Below, piece by piece: positions 30,584-40,637 of a stretch of DNA of 64,000 nucleotides. Both the position numbers and the translations under genes were made by a program. The stretch's first letter is position 1, and every line of letters begins with the position of its first letter. The DNA comes from Nitrospirota bacterium. GTDB lineage: Bacteria; Nitrospirota; UBA9217. Below the pieces are notes generated by a model. The model ran no database searches. It was not told where the DNA came from and saw only the letters and a program-made list of their open reading frames with translations. Location of the stretch: contig JAOUEV010000006.1 of assembly GCA_029858565.1 (NCBI GenBank), positions 1 to 64,000 of the forward strand, in the 5' to 3' direction.

Positions 30584-31592
30584 GTCAGACTTCATAATTA
30601 ATATTTAGACATTTCCCGCTTCCTTTGCTATGTTTGCATCATGCCTCGCAAACCCCGCATTGAATACCCCGGCGCATTCTATCACGTAATCGTCCGCGGG
30701 AACCAGCGGCAGCGGATTTTCAAGGATGCGGCCGACTATCAGAAATATCTCCTGACGCTTACCGTCTATCGGAATCGGTATCAATTCCATCTGTACGCTT
30801 ATATCCTCATGGGCAACCATGTGCATCTGCTTCTCGAAACGGGGGACATCCCTCTTTCCAAGATCCTGCAAGGGATCAGCCAGACCTATACGCTGTATTT
30901 CAATCGGAGGTATCGCACGGTTGGCCATCTGTTTCAAGGCAGGTATAAGGCGATTCTCTGCGATCGGGAAACCTACCTGCTAGGCCTCCTGAAATATATC
31001 CACCAGAACCCGCTCCGGGCGAAGATCGTGGTAGACCTCCGGGAGTACACCTGGTCCAGCCATCATGCCTATGAGGGCAGGAACAATCCGCTGGGATTGG
31101 TCGAGACCGATCAGGTGCTTCGCCTGTTTACAGAGAACAAACGACGGGCGCGGGACCAGTACCGGGATTTCATGAAGTTCGGGGAGAGATTATCAAAAGG
31201 CCAAGTCTACGCGACCATTGACCAGAGGCTTCAGGGCGATGAGGAGTTTGTCGACCGGGTGCTCAAGCAGTACGATGGCCCGATCGAGGGGAGAAAGCGG
31301 AAAAAAGAGCTGACGTTGCCGGCCCTGGCGTCGGTTATTGAAGATCGGCTTGAAGTCTCTTTGGCCGATATGCGAAAAGCATCGAAACATAAAAGTGTTT
31401 CACATGCGCGGAAAGTGTTTGCGCATGTGGCGCGGGAATATGGCTATCGTGGCAAAGAGATAGCCGACTATTTAGAAAAGGTGCCGGTTTCGATTACGAT
31501 GTATTTGCGGCCAGACGAGAATGTGCGTAAAACTGCAGCTGCGCTCCTGAAACATGTGGATCGAGTCAAGAATATTAATAATGAAGTCTGAC
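30584..31592. mobile_element. RAYT/Y1-transposase element bounded by 22-bp inverted repeats
   Basis: gtcagacttcataattaatatt (30584-30605) and aatattaataatgaagtctgac (31571-31592), one mismatch. Confidence 0.75.
30641..31591 (+). CDS. REP-associated tyrosine transposase (RAYT, HUH Y1) with C-terminal DnaA-like helical domain
   Basis: MPRKPR..YHVIVRGN, LMGNHVHLL, GHLFQGRYKA, YIHQNP, YTWSS. Confidence 0.92.
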   Translation: MPRKPRIEYPGAFYHVIVRGNQRQRIFKDAADYQKYLLTLTVYRNRYQFHLYAYILMGNHVHLLLETGDIPLSKILQGISQTYTLYFNRRYRTVGHLFQGRYKAILCDRETYLLGLLKYIHQNPLRAKIVVDLREYTWSSHHAYEGRNNPLGLVETDQVLRLFTENKRRARDQYRDFMKFGERLSKGQVYATIDQRLQGDEEFVDRVLKQYDGPIEGRKRKKELTLPALASVIEDRLEVSLADMRKASKHKSVSHARKVFAHVAREYGYRGKEIADYLEKVPVSITMYLRPDENVRKTAAALLKHVDRVKNINNEV

Positions 31593-31675
31593 ACTAGATG
31601 TCCCTAGATGTCCCCGTGATCATGTGTCGCAATTGATGATTGTTTTGTCACGCATCTAATGCACCTTCGCATGTA

Positions 31676-31735
31676 AAGTCGTTGTTTTTCCAAAAAGCCG
31701 CCTGGAATATACCGCATTGGTCTTCCTGTTTTTCC
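31676..31735. repeat. 60-bp direct repeat, copy 1 (left of higBA)
   Basis: Matches 32656-32715 with 2 mismatches. Confidence 0.92.
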
Positions 31736-31828
31736 GAGCAGTTGGTAGGTCGGGCAAAAGGGTCATCTTGCCCAACGTTTCGTCAATAGCAGATGCGTTG
31801 GGCTTCATGCCTCAGTCCAACCTGCGAC

Positions 31829-31857
31829 TTGACAGTGATAAACAATTTGTTTATTAT
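31829..31857 (+). promoter_or_regulatory. higBA promoter with operator palindrome; probably a leaderless transcript
   Basis: TTGACA-N17-TATTAT, 6 nt before the ATG at 31864; ATAAACAA-t-TTGTTTAT palindrome at 31838-31854. Confidence 0.78.
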
Positions 31858-31863
31858 TGTGCT

Positions 31864-32145
31864 ATGATTCAGTCATTCGCTTCTTCCGAAACGGAACGCT
31901 TCTTTGCCGCAGGGAAGTCTCGGCGTTTTCCGCGGAATGTTCTGAAGCGGGCGGCAATGCGATTAACGCAACTGGATGGGGCTGCCTGTCTTGATGATTT
32001 ACGAATGCCCCCATCGAACAGGCTGGAAGCCCTGACGCATGACCGCAAAGGTCAGTGGAGCATTCGCATCAACGATCAATGGCGCATTTGCTTCTGTTTC
32101 AAAGATGGCGACGCCTATGATGTCGAAATCGTGGATTATCATTAA
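31864..32145 (+). CDS. higB: HigB (RelE/ParE superfamily) toxin
   Basis: MIQSF, DLRMPPSNRLEAL, GQWSIRINDQWRICF, EIVDYH. Confidence 0.94.
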   Translation: MIQSFASSETERFFAAGKSRRFPRNVLKRAAMRLTQLDGAACLDDLRMPPSNRLEALTHDRKGQWSIRINDQWRICFCFKDGDAYDVEIVDYH

Positions 32146-32159
32146 GGGAGGTATAAACA

Positions 32160-32456
32160 ATGGTTCAGAATGGATTGCCTGCAATTCATCCCGGGGAATT
32201 TCTGGCGGAAATACTGAGCGAGATGAGGATATCTCAGGCAGAATTCGCGCGCACTATCGGAGTATCACCAATGCGCATTTCCCATGTCATCAAGGGTAAT
32301 CGTCCTGTGACGGCGGAACTGGCCCTGTTGTTCGGCCGCGCATTTAACCAGACGCCTCAATATTGGCTCAATCTTCAGGCGGCTTACGATCTGAAGATCG
32401 CAAAGGCGGGCATCGGCAAACGCCTTGCTGGTATTCACGCCCTCGCACATGCCTGA
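32160..32456 (+). CDS. higA: HigA antitoxin
   Basis: IHPGEFLAE, HTH, VTAELALLF, YWLNLQAAYDL. Confidence 0.95.
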   Translation: MVQNGLPAIHPGEFLAEILSEMRISQAEFARTIGVSPMRISHVIKGNRPVTAELALLFGRAFNQTPQYWLNLQAAYDLKIAKAGIGKRLAGIHALAHA

Positions 32457-32655
32457 TTTTCCACTTCGCCATACGCGAAAAGTCCTGTTCCAACCACGCC
32501 GAGAGGGTCGGAGAATCACGCCCCTCACGGCGGCGCTCAAATGACAGTTTCAATCCGTAATTGTTCATTTCATCATCGATCTTCCGTCACGTCATGCCGT
32601 CTCGCTAACACAATCTAGGTCAAGTCCCGCCATCGCCAATGCTCTCGCTTCCTGT

Positions 32656-32715
32656 AAGTCGTTGTTTTTTCACAAAGCCGCCTGGAATATACCGCATTGG
32701 TCTTCCTGTTTTTCC
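32656..32715. repeat. 60-bp direct repeat, copy 2 (right of higBA)
   Basis: Matches 31676-31735. Confidence 0.92.
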
Positions 32716-32816
32716 CTGGCAGTAAAATTCCCGCTTGAGATCAGCTCCCAATTCACTCTCCTTTGACCGATTTTTTCTCCCCGATTTGAAAAAAAAGACT
32801 GAACTAACCCGTTCCC

Positions 32817-32849
32817 GTGAGTTATCGGTGAGTCCGTTCATGGCATGAT
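32817..32849 (+). promoter_or_regulatory. Possible SARP/BTAD-type activator site and -10 box
   Basis: GTGAGT direct repeats 11 bp apart (32817, 32828), then TGgCATGAT. Confidence 0.4.
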
Positions 32850-32927
32850 GGCGTCCGGATAGGGACAAAACCGTTCCTGCCGGGAAAGAGCGATCCGGCG
32901 CACCAGAGGACAACGAGGACGACATCC

Positions 32928-33122
32928 ATGCTACCGTCGGAAAGCTATATCGTGCGGATCTACCGCCGCAGCAAGAAAAATCCCCGCCTTATCGCGGGGA
33001 TCGTGGAGCAGGTCGGGGAGGATGGCTGGAAAGCCGGGTTCGAGAATGCCGAGGAAATGCAGGAGCTATTGAGAGGCAACAAGCAGGCAAACAAACCGGC
33101 CAAGCCTCGAAATGATCAGTAA
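32928..33122 (+). CDS. Small hypothetical protein (SYIVRIYR type)
   Basis: RBS gagga; compact 64-aa ORF, ESYIVRIYRR..IAGIVEQVG..GFENAEEM. Confidence 0.65.
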   Translation: MLPSESYIVRIYRRSKKNPRLIAGIVEQVGEDGWKAGFENAEEMQELLRGNKQANKPAKPRNDQ

Positions 33123-33260
33123 GGAGCTGGTTTTAATACGGAGAGTCGTTCCTATCGCTGCTGCGGTTTTTTAGCGCGAACCCCTGAGACAACTTTTGTC
33201 AGGGGATTCGTGATTCAAATTGCATAAATCACTGAGGTCGTAAGCAGGAGGTACTGTTCC

Positions 33261-36200
33261 ATGAGAAAAAGAATCGTGTTGGTTGTCGGTATGTGTATCG
33301 CGGCGCTGCTGGCCTGGGTCCCGGTATTCGCTGCCACGTCCGAGGACGGTTTTAATCCGAAGGCGGATAATTACGTCTGGACCGCGGCAATACAGGCCGA
33401 TGGCAAGATTCTTGTGGGCGGAAATTTTAGCACCATAACGAGCAACCTTACCAGCACGGTGACGACTACGTTGACGCGGAACAAAATCGCCCGGCTGAAT
33501 GCCGACGGCTCGGTAGATGCGTCATTCGATCCCAATGCGAGCCATGCCGTCCAGTCCATCGTTGCCCAGCCCGACGGCACGATTCTCATGGGCGGCGTTT
33601 TTACCACCGTAGGGGGCGTAACGAGATTGCGGGTCGCCCGCCTGAATGCCGATGGAACGCTTGATGCGGCTTTTAATCCAAGCGCGAACGGCACGGTCAA
33701 TTCCCTTGCGGTCCAGGCCGATGGGAAGATCCTTGTAGGCGGTGCATTTACCACCATGGGCGGAGTGGCGAGGAACAAGATAGCCCGCCTGAATGCCGAC
33801 GGCTCGCTTGACACGTCTTTTGATCCCAATGCGAACGACGCGGTATCCTCTCTAGTGGTTCAGCCGGACGGAAAGATTCTTGTCGGCGGATTATTTACCA
33901 CCATGGGCGGGGTGACAAGGAACCGGATCGCCCGCCTGAACACCGATGGAACGCTTGACACGTCTTTTAATCCCAATGCCGGCAATAGGGTTGAAACCAT
34001 GGAAATTCAGCCAGACGGAAAGATCCTTGTTGGCGGCACATTTATCACCATGGGCGGCGTGACGAGAAACTATATTGCCCGCCTGAATGCCGATGGAACG
34101 CTTGATACGGCTTTTAATCCAAGCGCGAACAGCACGGTCAATTCTATTGCGTTTCAGGCCGACGGGAAGATCCTTGCAGGCGGCGGATTTACCACCATGG
34201 GCGGCGTGGCAAGAAACCGGATCGCACGCTTCAATGTCGATGGAACGCTCGACGGAACCTTTGATCCCAATGCCGACAGCACGGTCTATGTCGTCAGGGT
34301 CCAGCCCGACGGGAAAGTATTTGCGGGGGGATGGTTTACCACAATGAGCGGCGTGTCGAGATTGTCCATGGCCCGCCTGAATCCGGACACTACCCTTGAT
34401 GATACCTTCCAGCCTGTTCTGACCGGCGCGGCCTACGGCATGGCGGTCCAGCCCGACGGGAAAGTTCTTGTGGGCGGCGGGTTTACCATAGTAAGCGGCG
34501 TGACAAGGAACTATATTGCCCGCCTGAATGCCGATGGCACGCTTGACACGGCATTCAATCCTAACGCGAACGTGAATGTAAGCTCCCTTGCGGTCCAGCC
34601 CGATGGAAAGATCATTGCAGGCGGTCAATTTAGCCTGATGGGCGGCGTTTTGAGGAACAAGATAGCCCGCCTGAATGCCGACGGCACGCTCGATACCGGA
34701 TTCGATCCGAATGCAGGCTCCATTGTTACTGCCATTGCGATTCAGGCTGATGGTAAGATACTTGTAGGCGGTTTTTTTACCACGATGGGCGGTGTCACGA
34801 GAAACTACATCGCCCGCGTAAACACAGACGGAACGCTTGACACGGCCTTTGATCCCAACGCGGGCGGTTCGGTCTTTTCCATCGCGGTCCAGTCTGACGG
34901 CAAGATTCTTGTTGGCGGAGGATTCACCACCATGGGCGGCGTTGCAAGGAACCGGATCGCCCGCCTGAATGCCGACGGGACATTGGACGCCTCCTTCGAT
35001 CCCAATGCGAACGCTAATGTCAACTCCATTGCGATACAGCCCGACGGGAAGGTTCTCCTGGGCGGCTCATTTAGCACTGTGGGCGGCACTGCGAGGAGCA
35101 AGATCGCCCGTATTAACGCCGATGGCACGCTTGATACGTCCTTCAATCCCAATGCGAACAACATCGTCTATGCCATTGTGGGACTGGCCAATGGGAAGAT
35201 CGTCGTGGGCGGGACATTTACCACCGTGGGCGGCGTGACGCGGAACCGGATCGCCCGCCTCAACGCCGACGGCACGCTTGATACGTCTTTTGATCCCAAT
35301 TCGAATAACGTAGTTTACGGCATCGCGGTCCAGCCTGATGGGAAAGTCCTCGCGGGCGGAACATTTCTTAAGATGGGCGTGGAGACGCGAAACTACATTG
35401 CCCGAATTGGCGCCGACGATGCGGCCCTCCAGGACCTCGCTGTTTCCAGCGATGCATCCACCGTTACCTGGCTGCGGAGCGGATCATCCCCCGAGGTCCA
35501 CGGCGTGACCTTTGCGCGTTCCGCCGACCAGGTCACCTGGACGGAACTTGGCGCAGGGACGAGGATATCGGGAGGCTGGCAACTTACGGGGCTTTCGCTT
35601 CCCATGGACACGTACGACTATATCCGCGCGCGCGGCACATCAGCGGGAGGATATCAGGTCAACTCGACTTCCCTTGTGGAATCCCAGCTGCGATACTATG
35701 TCCCTGATACCATAGCGCCAGCCGCGCCGGTCATCAGCAGTCCCGCGAACGGGTCTTCGACCAGCGATACGACGCCCCTGGTGAGCGGGACGGCGGAAGC
35801 AAACAGCACGGTGAAGGTCTATGACGGCGCAACGCTCGTTGCCACGGCCGCGGCGAACGGAAGCGGCGCATGGAGCGTCAGCACGTCCGCGCTGATCGAG
35901 GGAGCCCACTCCCTGACAGCCACGGCCACGGACGCCGCGGGTAACACGAGCGCGGCTTCGACGGCCAAGAACATCACCATTGATACGGCCGCGCCCAACG
36001 CGCCGGTCATCACGAGCCCCTTGACCGGGACGTCGACCGATGACACGACGCCCCTGGTTGCCGGGACCGCGGAAGCGAACAGCACGGTGTTCGTCTATTC
36101 CGGCGCAACGCAGGTCGGCTCAACCGCGGCGAGCGGAAGCGGCGCCTGGAGCGTCAGCACGAATGCCCTGGCACGGGGGCCGCATACCCTGACAGCCAAG

Positions 36201-39200
36201 GCCAGGGATGCGGCGCTCAATCTCAGCGCGGCGTCCGCGGCGGTAACCATCACCGTCATTCCTCCGGCCCCGGTGATTACCAGTCCGGCGAACGGGTCGG
36301 CGACGAACGATACGACGCCCCTGGTGAGCGGAACGGCCGAGGCAAACAGCACGGTTACGGTCTATGACGGCGCAACACAGGTCGGATCAACAACGGCCAC
36401 TGGCGGCGTCTGGAGCGTCAGCACGTCCGCTTTGACCGTGGGAGTCCACTCCTTGACGGCAACAGCCACGGTCGCCGGGCCCTACACGAGCGTGGCCTCG
36501 GCCGCGGTTACCATCACCATCGATATAACCGCGCCCGGCACGCCGGTGATCACGAGCCCGGCGAGCGGGACTTCGACGAAAGATACGACCCCGGCCGTAA
36601 GCGGGACCGCGGAAGCGAACAGCACGGTGAAGGTCTATGTGGGAGGAACGACGCTCGTGGCAACGACCACGGCGGACGGGAGCGGAAACTGGAGCGTCAG
36701 CACGTCCGCCCTGGCTGAGGCGACTTACAGCCTGACGGCAACGGCAACGGATGCAGCCGGAAACACGAGTCTTGCCTCGTCGGCGAAGAGCATCACCATC
36801 GATATAACCGCGCCCGCTGCCCCGTCGATCACGGGCCCGGCAAGCGGGACGTCGACCAACGACTCGACCCCGGCCGTAAGCGGGACAGCGGAAGCGAACA
36901 GCACGGTGAAGGTCTATGCGGGCGCTACGCTGGTCGGCACAACCACGGCGGGCGGCGGTGTCTGGAGCGTCAGCACTTCCACTTTGACGGATAACACTTA
37001 TTCTCTTACGGCCACGGCCACGGACGCGGCGGGAAATACAGGCCCGTCGTCGGCAGCGGTGAGCCTCACCATCGACACGGTTTCGCCGAATGCGCCTGCG
37101 ATCACGAGCCATGTGACCGGCGCCTCGACCAACGACACGACGCCGGTAATCAGCGGCACGGGCGAGCCGGGCGTTACGGTGAAGCTCTTTGCCGATGCCG
37201 TTCAAATCGCGTCCGCGCTCGTAAACGGAAGCGGCTTATGGTCTGCGGAAACAACGACCCTGACGGAAGGATTAAAAACCGTATATTACAGCGCCTGGGA
37301 TGCAGCGGGCAATTACAGCCCGTCGAACTCGATCCAGATCATTATCGATACGGCCGCGCCGAACGCGCCGGTGATCACTTCTCCGGCGAACAACGCGATT
37401 CTGAGCGCTACGACGCCGACGGTGAGCGGCACGGCCGAAGCGAACAGCACGGTGAAGGTCTATGACAGCGCAGCGCTGGTCGGCACGACCACGGCGAACG
37501 GAAGCGGTAACTGGAGCGTCAGCACGTCCGTTCTGTCGGCGGGGACCCACACCATAACAGCCACGGCAACGGACGCCGCGGGCAACGCGAGCGCGGCTTC
37601 GACGGCCAAGAACATCACGATTGATACGACCGCGCCGAACGCGCCGGTGATCACGAGCCCGGCAAACGGGACCGTGACCAGCGTCACGACGCCTCTCGTG
37701 AGCGGAACGGCCGAGAGCGGGAGCACCGTGAAAGTGTATGCCGGCGCAACGCTGGTCGGCACAACCACGGCGGCCGGCGGTTCCTGGAGCGTTAACACTT
37801 CCAATTTGACGCTGGGGATCTATTCCTTAACAGCCACGGCCACGGACGTCGCGGGAAATACAAGCCCGGCTTCGGCGGCAATAAGCATCACCATCGCAAC
37901 ACTCCCCGGCGCGCCGACAAGCGTCACGGCCACGGCGGGCAATGCCCAGGCCACGGTTGCCTTTACGCCGCCTGCGTCTGACGGAGGCAGCTCAATAACC
38001 GGGTATACGGCAACCAGCAGCCCCGGCGGTCTCACGGGCACCTGCGCAAGCTCACCCTGCACAGTGACCGGCCTGACGAACGGAACGTCCTATACCTTCA
38101 CCGTCACGGCGACCAATGCCGTGGGCACCGGCGCTTCGTCGGCAGCCTCGAACAGCGTGACGCCGGCAACGGTTCCGGGCGCGCCGACCATCGGCACGGC
38201 CACGGCGGGCAATGCCCAGGCCACGGTCGCCTTCACGGCGCCGGCAAGCAACGGCGGCAGCGCGATCACCGGGTATACGGCAACCTCCACGCCCGACGGC
38301 ATTATCGCCACCGGAGCTTCCAGCCCGATTACGGTAATGGGCCTGACGAACGGCACCGCCTACACTTTCAAGGTCAAGGCGACCAACGCTGTCGGAACGG
38401 GCCTGGAGTCCGCGGCCTCGAACAGCGTGACGCCGAACACGGGTCCCTATATCGTTACTCCGTCAGCGGGCGCCGGCGGCGGCTTCAGCCCGAGCATGCC
38501 GCAAACCGTCAGCTACGGTGAAACTGCGATCTTCACTGTGACGCCCGATGCAGGCTATCATCTCGGCACGGTCACGGGCTGCGGCGGCAATCTTGCCGGA
38601 AACACCTACACCACGGGCTTGATCACGGGCGACTGCACGGTGACGGCGAGCTTCGTCGCCAATACTGCCCCCACGGTCCCGGCGCTCAGCAGTCCTGCTG
38701 ATGCTGGCGAAGTGATCACGCTGACCCCGACGCTCACGGTCAATGCATCAACGGACGCGGAAGGAGACCCGGTCAGCTATATCTTCGAGCTCGACACCGT
38801 CAATAGCTTTGACAGCGGCGACAAACAGGCCTCGGGCGCGACTGGAGCCACGAATTGGACTCCATCGAACCTGATCGACAACACCATGTACTACTGGCGC
38901 GCCCGTTCCTCGGATGGGACAGCATCCAGCGGCTGGATGTCAACAGCAAGCTTCTTCGTGAACACAGCAAACGACGCGCCTTCGATTCCGGCGATCAGCA
39001 GCCCGGCGGACAACGGCGTGGTGTCGTCTGCCACCCCGACGCTCACGGTCACGAACGCGACCGACGTGGACAAGGACACGCTTACCTACGAGTTCGAGGT
39101 CTACGCAAACAGCAACTTCACCGGCTTGGTGACGAGTGCTACGGGCATGGGCCAGGGCGGGAGCGGCAGCAGCTCCTGGACCGTGGACACGAGTCTCGCG

Positions 39201-40457
39201 GAAGACACGACCTACTACTGGAAGAGCCGGGCACGGGACGAGCACAACCTGGCAGGGAGCGACGCAAGCGGCTCCTTCCGGGTGAACACCACGAACAGCG
39301 CGCCGAGCGATCCGACAATCAACAGCCCGGCCTCGGGAAGCGAGAGCACCAGCACGACCCCGACGCTCGCGGTGACCAACTCGACCGACGCAGACAGCGA
39401 CAGCCTGCACTACGTCTTCGAGATCGACAGCGTGAACACCTTCAACAGCGGGAACAAGCAAATCTCGGGCCTTGTTGCCGAGGGCGCGGGCAGCACGACC
39501 TGGACGCCCGCGGCATTGACCGACAACACCACGTACTACTGGAGAATCAAAGCCAACGACGGCATCACCGACAGCGGCTGGATGACCGCGGCGAGTATCT
39601 TCGTGAACACGGCGAACGACGCTCCGACCGTGCCGACCCTGCTCAACCCGGCGGACGGTAGCAACGTCACCGTACTCGGTCCCACGTTCTCGCTCAATGC
39701 CGCGAGCGACGTGGACAACGACAGCCTGACCTATGATTTCTCGGTCTACTCGGACAGCGGGCTCTCGAGCCTCGTGACGAGCACCACGGGAGCAGGCACC
39801 AGCTGGAGCGTAAGCCAGGATCTCTCGGACAATACCACCTACTACTGGACCGCGCGGGCAGTGGATGAGCACGGACAGCCGGGTGGATGGATGACCGGCA
39901 AGTCATTCTTCGTGAACAACAACGGAACGAACGACGCTCCGACGATCACGGTCACGAAGCCGGGAGCTTCTGAGCCAGGAACCACAGGCAACAGCTTCAG
40001 CATCACCTGGACCGATTCCGACCCGGACAGCGACGCAACAATCACGCTGGGCTACGACAGCACGGGAACGGGCTGCGGCGGGACCGTGATCGCAACGAAC
40101 ATCAGCGAGAACGATCTCACGAACAGCTACAGCTGGGACATCTCGGGCCTGGCCGATGGCAGCTACTCCGTCTATGCCAAGATCGACGACGGAACCACGA
40201 GCGTCTGCTCCTATGCAGCGGGCCAGGTCGTGAAACTCGGCAGCTCAGGCGACCTGAACGCGGACGGTACGGTGGACATTGTCGACGCGCTCAAGGCGCT
40301 CCGGATGGCCGCGGGGATCGATACGGTCGCCGCGGCGGATCTTGCGAACGGCGATGTTGCGCCGATTGTGAGCGGGACTCCGCAGCCCGACGGCGTCATC
40401 GACGTGGGCGACGTGGTAGTGATCCTGCGGAAGGCCGTGGGACTGGTGAACTGGTAG
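33261..40457 (+). CDS. Giant secreted surface protein: 14 delta-60 beta-propeller repeats, 8 bacterial Ig-like repeats, FN3-like domains, C-terminal dockerin-like domain
   Basis: Signal peptide; repeated QPDGKILVGG..IARLNADGTLD; DTxAPxAP..SGTAEANSTVKVY..ATDAAGN; GDLNADGTVDIVDAL...DGVIDVGDVVVILRKAVGL. Confidence 0.92.
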   Translation: MRKRIVLVVGMCIAALLAWVPVFAATSEDGFNPKADNYVWTAAIQADGKILVGGNFSTITSNLTSTVTTTLTRNKIARLNADGSVDASFDPNASHAVQSIVAQPDGTILMGGVFTTVGGVTRLRVARLNADGTLDAAFNPSANGTVNSLAVQADGKILVGGAFTTMGGVARNKIARLNADGSLDTSFDPNANDAVSSLVVQPDGKILVGGLFTTMGGVTRNRIARLNTDGTLDTSFNPNAGNRVETMEIQPDGKILVGGTFITMGGVTRNYIARLNADGTLDTAFNPSANSTVNSIAFQADGKILAGGGFTTMGGVARNRIARFNVDGTLDGTFDPNADSTVYVVRVQPDGKVFAGGWFTTMSGVSRLSMARLNPDTTLDDTFQPVLTGAAYGMAVQPDGKVLVGGGFTIVSGVTRNYIARLNADGTLDTAFNPNANVNVSSLAVQPDGKIIAGGQFSLMGGVLRNKIARLNADGTLDTGFDPNAGSIVTAIAIQADGKILVGGFFTTMGGVTRNYIARVNTDGTLDTAFDPNAGGSVFSIAVQSDGKILVGGGFTTMGGVARNRIARLNADGTLDASFDPNANANVNSIAIQPDGKVLLGGSFSTVGGTARSKIARINADGTLDTSFNPNANNIVYAIVGLANGKIVVGGTFTTVGGVTRNRIARLNADGTLDTSFDPNSNNVVYGIAVQPDGKVLAGGTFLKMGVETRNYIARIGADDAALQDLAVSSDASTVTWLRSGSSPEVHGVTFARSADQVTWTELGAGTRISGGWQLTGLSLPMDTYDYIRARGTSAGGYQVNSTSLVESQLRYYVPDTIAPAAPVISSPANGSSTSDTTPLVSGTAEANSTVKVYDGATLVATAAANGSGAWSVSTSALIEGAHSLTATATDAAGNTSAASTAKNITIDTAAPNAPVITSPLTGTSTDDTTPLVAGTAEANSTVFVYSGATQVGSTAASGSGAWSVSTNALARGPHTLTAKARDAALNLSAASAAVTITVIPPAPVITSPANGSATNDTTPLVSGTAEANSTVTVYDGATQVGSTTATGGVWSVSTSALTVGVHSLTATATVAGPYTSVASAAVTITIDITAPGTPVITSPASGTSTKDTTPAVSGTAEANSTVKVYVGGTTLVATTTADGSGNWSVSTSALAEATYSLTATATDAAGNTSLASSAKSITIDITAPAAPSITGPASGTSTNDSTPAVSGTAEANSTVKVYAGATLVGTTTAGGGVWSVSTSTLTDNTYSLTATATDAAGNTGPSSAAVSLTIDTVSPNAPAITSHVTGASTNDTTPVISGTGEPGVTVKLFADAVQIASALVNGSGLWSAETTTLTEGLKTVYYSAWDAAGNYSPSNSIQIIIDTAAPNAPVITSPANNAILSATTPTVSGTAEANSTVKVYDSAALVGTTTANGSGNWSVSTSVLSAGTHTITATATDAAGNASAASTAKNITIDTTAPNAPVITSPANGTVTSVTTPLVSGTAESGSTVKVYAGATLVGTTTAAGGSWSVNTSNLTLGIYSLTATATDVAGNTSPASAAISITIATLPGAPTSVTATAGNAQATVAFTPPASDGGSSITGYTATSSPGGLTGTCASSPCTVTGLTNGTSYTFTVTATNAVGTGASSAASNSVTPATVPGAPTIGTATAGNAQATVAFTAPASNGGSAITGYTATSTPDGIIATGASSPITVMGLTNGTAYTFKVKATNAVGTGLESAASNSVTPNTGPYIVTPSAGAGGGFSPSMPQTVSYGETAIFTVTPDAGYHLGTVTGCGGNLAGNTYTTGLITGDCTVTASFVANTAPTVPALSSPADAGEVITLTPTLTVNASTDAEGDPVSYIFELDTVNSFDSGDKQASGATGATNWTPSNLIDNTMYYWRARSSDGTASSGWMSTASFFVNTANDAPSIPAISSPADNGVVSSATPTLTVTNATDVDKDTLTYEFEVYANSNFTGLVTSATGMGQGGSGSSSWTVDTSLAEDTTYYWKSRARDEHNLAGSDASGSFRVNTTNSAPSDPTINSPASGSESTSTTPTLAVTNSTDADSDSLHYVFEIDSVNTFNSGNKQISGLVAEGAGSTTWTPAALTDNTTYYWRIKANDGITDSGWMTAASIFVNTANDAPTVPTLLNPADGSNVTVLGPTFSLNAASDVDNDSLTYDFSVYSDSGLSSLVTSTTGAGTSWSVSQDLSDNTTYYWTARAVDEHGQPGGWMTGKSFFVNNNGTNDAPTITVTKPGASEPGTTGNSFSITWTDSDPDSDATITLGYDSTGTGCGGTVIATNISENDLTNSYSWDISGLADGSYSVYAKIDDGTTSVCSYAAGQVVKLGSSGDLNADGTVDIVDALKALRMAAGIDTVAAADLANGDVAPIVSGTPQPDGVIDVGDVVVILRKAVGLVNW

Positions 40458-40464
40458 AAAGAGA

Positions 40465-40620
40465 AAGTAGCAAGTAGCAAGGAAAAGAGAAAAAGACACG
40501 AGCAAGGAACAAAAAAGCAGCGAAAAGATGGCGCAAGACAGGGGTAGAGGGCTAAAGGTGTAAAGGCCATGGTTGTTGCAGTTACCTTGCTGCTTGACCC
40601 CTGTTACTTGCTACTCGATC
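40465..40620. repeat. Oppositely oriented heptamer tracts in an intergenic spacer
   Basis: aagtagc-aagtagc (40465-40478) and cttgctg-cttgacc-cctgtta-cttgcta (40586-40613). Confidence 0.55.
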
Positions 40621-40637
40621 GTAAAGGAGAATATATT

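Noticed and set aside
33177-33210. Hairpin cgaacccctga...tcaggggattcg before the giant adhesin gene
   Set aside because: No U-tract or riboswitch motif; not assignable
33390-37900. Regularly spaced nucleotide repeats that might suggest a CRISPR array or DGR
   Set aside because: They are in-frame protein domain repeats with synonymous variation; no spacers, cas or reverse transcriptase genes
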